Of a DNA stretch of 64,000 nt, positions 60,528-64,000 are shown in pieces. The stretch is from a virus (Duplodnaviria > Caudoviricetes): IMG/VR virus record IMGVR_UViG_2786546475_000015, positions 101,978 through 165,977 of that record; one strand, 5' to 3'. The position numbers and the translations under genes are program-made. The first letter of the stretch is position 1; every line of letters starts with the position of its first letter. Below the pieces are notes generated by a model. The model saw only the letters and a program-made list of their open reading frames with translations, was not told the origin of the DNA and did not search any database.

Positions 60528-60603
60528 GGGTAGTTAGCTTATATGGTAAAAGCGCGTGGTTGAAGCCCATGAGATAGGAGATCGTTACTTCTACTACCCA
60601 CCA
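60528..60603 (+). tRNA. tRNA-Phe(GAA)
   Basis: CGTGG TT GAA GC CCATG; GGGTAGT/ACTACCC-A-CCA; atypical T-loop ATCGTTA. Confidence 0.85.
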
Positions 60604-60605
60604 AG

Positions 60606-60682
60606 GGGCGAATAGCTTAGTTGGTTAAAGCGCCGATTTTACATGTCGGAGATCGTTGATTCGAATTCAACTTCGCCCACCA
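60606..60682 (+). tRNA. tRNA-Val(UAC)
   Basis: CCGAT TT TAC AT GTCGG; GGGCGAA/TTCGCCC-A-CCA. Confidence 0.92.
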
Positions 60683-60749
60683 AATTTTGCTTGTGGATGA
60701 CCACTGATTCAAGTTACCACATTAGCATCGGCGTTAGCCGAAATATAAA

Positions 60750-60826
60750 CGGGGTATAATGTCAATTGGTAGACGGCTCGCTTTGGAAGTGAGAGGTTGT
60801 AGATTCGAGTTCTACTACCCCGACCA
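60750..60826 (+). tRNA. tRNA-Pro(UGG)
   Basis: CTCGC TT TGG AA GTGAG; CGGGGTA/TACCCCG-A-CCA. Confidence 0.92.
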
Positions 60827-60830
60827 ATTC

Positions 60831-60906
60831 GGTCATATAGTTCAATTGGTAGAACAGCGGATTCATGATCTGCATGTTGTAGGTTCAAGTCCTACTATGA
60901 CCACCA
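60831..60906 (+). tRNA. tRNA CAU (Met or Ile2)
   Basis: GCGGA TT CAT GA TCTGC; GGTCATA/TATGACC-A-CCA. Confidence 0.9.
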
Positions 60907-60966
60907 AATTTTTTATTGACAGACCTATTTGAGTATGAAATAATGACCTTAAATTAAGGAGTCATT

Positions 60967-61155
60967 ATGAATTACAGAAAATGGATAGGTAAGAAAGTTA
61001 GAAAGTGTTCTAATAAACCTTTTAAATCTGGCGAAAAGATTAACACTGTAAAGGGCTTGTTCTTTAATAATAATTCTGGTAAAATGGGATTTTTATTTGA
61101 AGAAGATGATTCTGTTGTTGATTGTTTTATTTGTAGGTTGAATGATGTTGAATAA
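60967..61155 (+). CDS. hypothetical protein
   Basis: TAAGGAG RBS; TTGACA-17-AATAAT promoter upstream. Confidence 0.75.
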   Translation: MNYRKWIGKKVRKCSNKPFKSGEKINTVKGLFFNNNSGKMGFLFEEDDSVVDCFICRLNDVE

Positions 61156-61537
61156 TGATATACCTATAAGAAATCAATTTAAAAAAGTTATTCGGGAAAT
61201 CACTAATTCTACTGAATATATTAAATTGGTTTTACGTTTTGGTTACCATGTTGAAGATCGTATTAGAGAACGTCTTTGTACACCTAGAGAATATGTTAAA
61301 ATATTAAACTTCTTTAGGTATGCTGTTAGTAGAAACTATATGGAATTTCGTTTAGCTCAATCGCGTGGCTACGAAGAAATTATTATCGAATTGAATGATT
61401 ATTATAGATTCGTGATCATACCTAGTTACGGTAAAACGAATGATTATTCGATAAGAACATTTTATGTATGTAGGACTAAACCTACATATAATAAGAAAAA
61501 CACAAAATATTTTAAATTTTATGATAAAAGTGTTTAA
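61142..61537 (+). CDS. hypothetical protein
   Basis: FGYHVEDRIRERL motif. Confidence 0.65.
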   Translation: MMLNNDIPIRNQFKKVIREITNSTEYIKLVLRFGYHVEDRIRERLCTPREYVKILNFFRYAVSRNYMEFRLAQSRGYEEIIIELNDYYRFVIIPSYGKTNDYSIRTFYVCRTKPTYNKKNTKYFKFYDKSV

Positions 61538-61587
61538 AATTGAAATTAAATGTGTATAATAGGTCTTGTTGATTGAGGAAATCAACG

Positions 61588-61692
61588 CAACATAATGAAG
61601 CGTGAAATAAATGCTATCTCACGCGCTTATTTCGGACTTTTGATCCGTAGGGCGAGGATTGTAGGATAAAGCTACCTACCATTATGTATCAG
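61588..61692 (+). ncRNA. putative ~105 nt multibranch structured RNA
   Basis: Closing stem ACATAATG/CATTATGT enclosing three hairpins; TGTGTATAAT promoter element just upstream. Confidence 0.45.
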
Positions 61693-61693
61693 T

Positions 61694-61770
61694 TGCGGGG
61701 TAGAGCAGTTTGGTAGCTCACTTGGCTCATAACCAAGAGGTCGCTGGTTCGAATCCAGCCCCCGCTACCA
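61694..61770 (+). tRNA. initiator-type tRNA-fMet(CAU)
   Basis: TGCGGGGTAGAGCAG...CCCCGCT-A-CCA with 1:72 mismatch; CTTGG CT CAT AA CCAAG. Confidence 0.9.
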
Positions 61771-61786
61771 ATTTAGTGTATTTTGG

Positions 61787-61863
61787 GGTAGTAGTAGTTT
61801 AATTGGCAAAACCCCAAGATGTGACCTTGGAAGATGCGAGATCGTTGCTCGTCTACTACCCCA
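61787..61863 (+). tRNA. tRNA-His(GUG)
   Basis: CCAAG AT GTG AC CTTGG; G-1:C73; atypical T-loop ATCGTTG. Confidence 0.88.
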
Positions 61864-61891
61864 AAATACATTAAAATAATTTGAAAAAGTT

Positions 61892-61920
61892 GTTTACATA
61901 CATAAAATAATGTGTATAAT
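61892..61920 (+). promoter_or_regulatory. T4-type early promoter
   Basis: A-tract, GTTTAC-17-TATAAT with TGTG extended -10. Confidence 0.75.
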
Positions 61921-61929
61921 TAACAATAT

Positions 61930-62007
61930 ACTCGGTTGGCAGAAGTCAGGTTATCTCGCCACCCTTTCAAGGTGGAGTCACGGGTTCGAATCCCGTACCG
62001 AGTACCA
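61930..62007 (+). tRNA. tRNA-Glu(UUC)
   Basis: CCACC CT TTC AA GGTGG; ACTCGGT/ACCGAGT-A-CCA. Confidence 0.93.
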
Positions 62008-62029
62008 GATTAATATACGCTATAACGTA

Positions 62030-62945
62030 TAAACTGAAAATATACGCTTTAGAGTATAACAGAATTTACCCACCTAAATGATCGTTTATGGTGTAAAGTA
62101 AAACACGTTCTTGTTTACGGGTAATGCGATATGGGCGCGATAAGCACTGGTAACGGTGTGAAAGGGTAAGACTCCAACATCTTATCTGCTATGAAAATAG
62201 TCATCCCATGAAAGCCGAGAGTTCTATAAGATATCAAGACCGTAGGAAACTTGGTATTCGGCTAGGACGGTAAGGTAGGAAATAAGTCGGTATGGGTAAC
62301 TCCGAATATTGGCTTCGCGCTCGCAAAGCGATTACTACACGCAAACTTACCTACTAGGTAGACTCAAAGGGTATGGTATTTGGTCAGAGTCTTAGCGGAT
62401 AAAGGCGATTTACCTGTTCAATTGGTTGTGTACGTTCGGCGGCGAAAGTCGCTATGCAAGCATGGTCGAGAAGAACCGTAGAAAAGTAACCTTAGCGGGT
62501 GAAACTACATTAGGATGTAATGTATTGGGTAGGTCAAAAGCTTATCTAGCGTTTTCGGGGCGCACATCCTTGTTGGTTATATATATATTTCGGTCACAAA
62601 AACCGAACTTGCATATTGGGCAATGTTTATACAAAAAACGTAAAGACGCTCCGAGGTTAAAAACGAAAGCGGTTTAATACCATAGCGAAAGCAATATGGT
62701 TTGTGGATAGCTCACAAAGTTTGAAACAATTTATCGGGATACTGCATGGTGAGTTTAGCGACTCTTTAGTGCTCGCAAGGCATACAGAATGTTGAAGGTA
62801 GAGTAGTTTTTAATCTAACCGTAAATGCTAACGGGATATAAAATAGCAACCGTGACAAGATACGTGGTAGCCACGTGGATAAGGTGAGAATAACATAATG
62901 CACTTAAAGACTTGTCGAATTTAGCTGTAATCTCAAGCTAATGTC
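62030..62945 (+). ncRNA. large (~900 nt) structured RNA, GOLLD-like
   Basis: Stretch without a credible CDS, GC-richer than flanks, in a tRNA cluster; many GNRA-capped hairpins and a terminal TTAGCT-GTAATCTCA-AGCTAA hairpin. Family assignment is from recall and context only. Confidence 0.7.
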
Positions 62946-62981
62946 ATTCTAATATTCTTTTAAAAGCGAGAGCATATTATA

Positions 62982-63254
62982 ATGACAGATGAAATTATTG
63001 TATTTGATGTTAATGGTGAAATTCTTCATAATGAAGAAGCTGGAAAATTAACAAAAAACAAAATATTATCAAAATGTTTTGAATACGAAAAATTATTAGA
63101 AAATAAACCAATGGTAGCTTTTACATCAAATGACTATATGGTAGTATTTGGTGATAAATCTAAAAAGATACCAGAAAAGAATAGAATTCTTGAAATGACT
63201 GATAAAGATCGACAATGGTTTTTGAAGTTGTTAGATAATCAGGATGTTCGGTGA
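62982..63254 (+). CDS. hypothetical protein
   Basis: 90 aa ORF whose 3' end overlaps tRNA-Tyr by 13 nt. Confidence 0.6.
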   Translation: MTDEIIVFDVNGEILHNEEAGKLTKNKILSKCFEYEKLLENKPMVAFTSNDYMVVFGDKSKKIPEKNRILEMTDKDRQWFLKLLDNQDVR

Positions 63255-63330
63255 AGTTGGAGAGTCACAGTGGGCTGTAACCCCATGTACCCAAAAGGTA
63301 CAATAGGTTCGAATCCTATAACATCCACCA
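63242..63330 (+). tRNA. tRNA-Tyr(GUA)
   Basis: GTGGG CT GTA AC CCCAT; long variable arm; GGATGTT/AACATCC-A-CCA. Confidence 0.93.
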
Positions 63331-63336
63331 AATTCA

Positions 63337-63412
63337 GGGGCGTTGGCGTAGTCAGGTCGCGCATGGGGCTTTTAACCCTAGGACACAGGTTCGAATCCTG
63401 TACGCCCCACCA
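63337..63412 (+). tRNA. tRNA-Lys(UUU)
   Basis: TGGGG CT TTT AA CCCTA; GGGGCGT/ACGCCCC-A-CCA. Confidence 0.92.
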
Positions 63413-63414
63413 AA

Positions 63415-63600
63415 TTTTAGGTTGTGAAAATATTAGTTGAAAACGGTAAAGAGAATCGTCACTTGCGTTTAGGACGTAATGTGTTTGGAGAGAACGATTT
63501 CCCACCTAAAACGTGCTTGTGTAAGTAAGTCAATCGCTATATAAATTTTACGACAGATGTGGTAAAGCGGTGTAACGGGTTCGATTCCCGACTACATAAT
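63415..63600 (+). ncRNA. putative structured RNA with tRNA-like 3' module
   Basis: ATGTGGT...CGGG-TTCGATT-CCCG-ACTACAT acceptor+T-arm mimic lacking D and anticodon arms. Confidence 0.4.
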
Positions 63601-63614
63601 TAATTGAGGTAAAA

Positions 63615-63824
63615 ATGCCTACATACTTGTACAAATGTCCGAATAAAGATTGTTCGGAACATGATATTGAAAAAACATATCGAAAGAAAATGAGCGAACC
63701 AGATCCTTTTTGTGGTCAGTGTATTTATACAAAAATGGTTCAAGTATTTAAGAAAGCAACAAATTTTAGTTTAAAAGGTAGTGATTGGACAGGTTCAAAC
63801 ATTACTGGAAAAATTAAACGATAG
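63615..63824 (+). CDS. FmdB-family zinc-ribbon protein
   Basis: MPTYLYKCPNKDC...CGQC...V......F.LKGSDW. Confidence 0.85.
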   Translation: MPTYLYKCPNKDCSEHDIEKTYRKKMSEPDPFCGQCIYTKMVQVFKKATNFSLKGSDWTGSNITGKIKR

Positions 63825-63898
63825 TGGTGTAGTTCAGTTGGTAGAACAGTAGACCGATAATCTACGTGTCACAGGTTCGAGTCCTGTCACCACTACCA
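63823..63898 (+). tRNA. tRNA-Ile(GAU)
   Basis: GTAGA CC GAT AA TCTAC; AGTGGTG/CACCACT-A-CCA. Confidence 0.92.
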
Positions 63899-63904
63899 AA
63901 TTTT

Positions 63905-63979
63905 GGGGGATTAGCTCAGTGGTAGAGCAATCGGCTGTTAACCGATAGGTCGTTGGTTCGAATCCAACATCCCCCGCCA
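63905..63979 (+). tRNA. tRNA-Asn(GUU)
   Basis: ATCGG CT GTT AA CCGAT; GGGGGAT/ATCCCCC-G-CCA. Confidence 0.95.
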
Positions 63980-63985
63980 AATTTT

Positions 63986-64000
63986 AGGGGTATAGCCAAG
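63986..64000 (+). tRNA. 5' end of a further tRNA (Gln-like), truncated
   Basis: TAGGGGTATAGCCAAG acceptor/D-arm start typical of tRNA-Gln. Confidence 0.5.

Noticed and set aside
62426-62677. 83-aa ORF in the track
   Set aside because: TTG start, no RBS, atypical composition; it lies within the hairpin-dense ncRNA region.
63239-63505. Minus-strand 88-aa ORF
   Set aside because: Antisense translation of tRNA-Tyr and tRNA-Lys (WGVQDSNL is a classic tRNA shadow).

Overview
A 64 kb, AT-rich segment of a T4-like (Tevenvirinae/Straboviridae-like) myovirus genome; the baseplate gene order and lysozyme-less gp5 recall the marine KVP40-like branch. 1-19.9 kb, mostly + strand, holds accessory and replication/repair genes: a partial metallophosphoesterase, a Mom-like GNAT protein, a PD-(D/E)XK nuclease, denV, gp31, an rIII-like gene, a J-domain protein, endonuclease VII, DNA ligase, uvsY, uvsW, Rnl2, inh, and at least 7 proteins with T4 internal-protein-type N-terminal capsid-targeting sequences. 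19.9-50.9 kb (- strand) is the late morphogenesis operon (48, 53, 27-like, 5, 5.1, 5.4, 25, 6-12, wac, 13-20, 68, 21-24). 50.9-56.9 kb (+) carries 4, 2, 54, 26/51, the tape measure, 3 and 57A-like. 57-64 kb is a tRNA cluster (16 complete tRNAs plus 1 partial) mixed with small ORFs and structured non-coding RNAs. Main candidates for new biology: (i) a 38-codon leader peptide with mutually exclusive terminator/antiterminator folds gating tRNA genes, possibly a sensor of translation stress or tRNA depletion; (ii) a ~900 nt GOLLD-like structured RNA among the tRNAs; (iii) a -1 slippery site that would make gp26-like and gp51-like chaperones from one locus upstream of the tape measure; (iv) a probably virion-packaged J-domain co-chaperone; (v) a ~49 bp hairpin element in 3 copies at two intergenic sites (candidate origins); (vi) a split gp16. 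All calls come from manual motif recognition; no database searches or folding programs were run.
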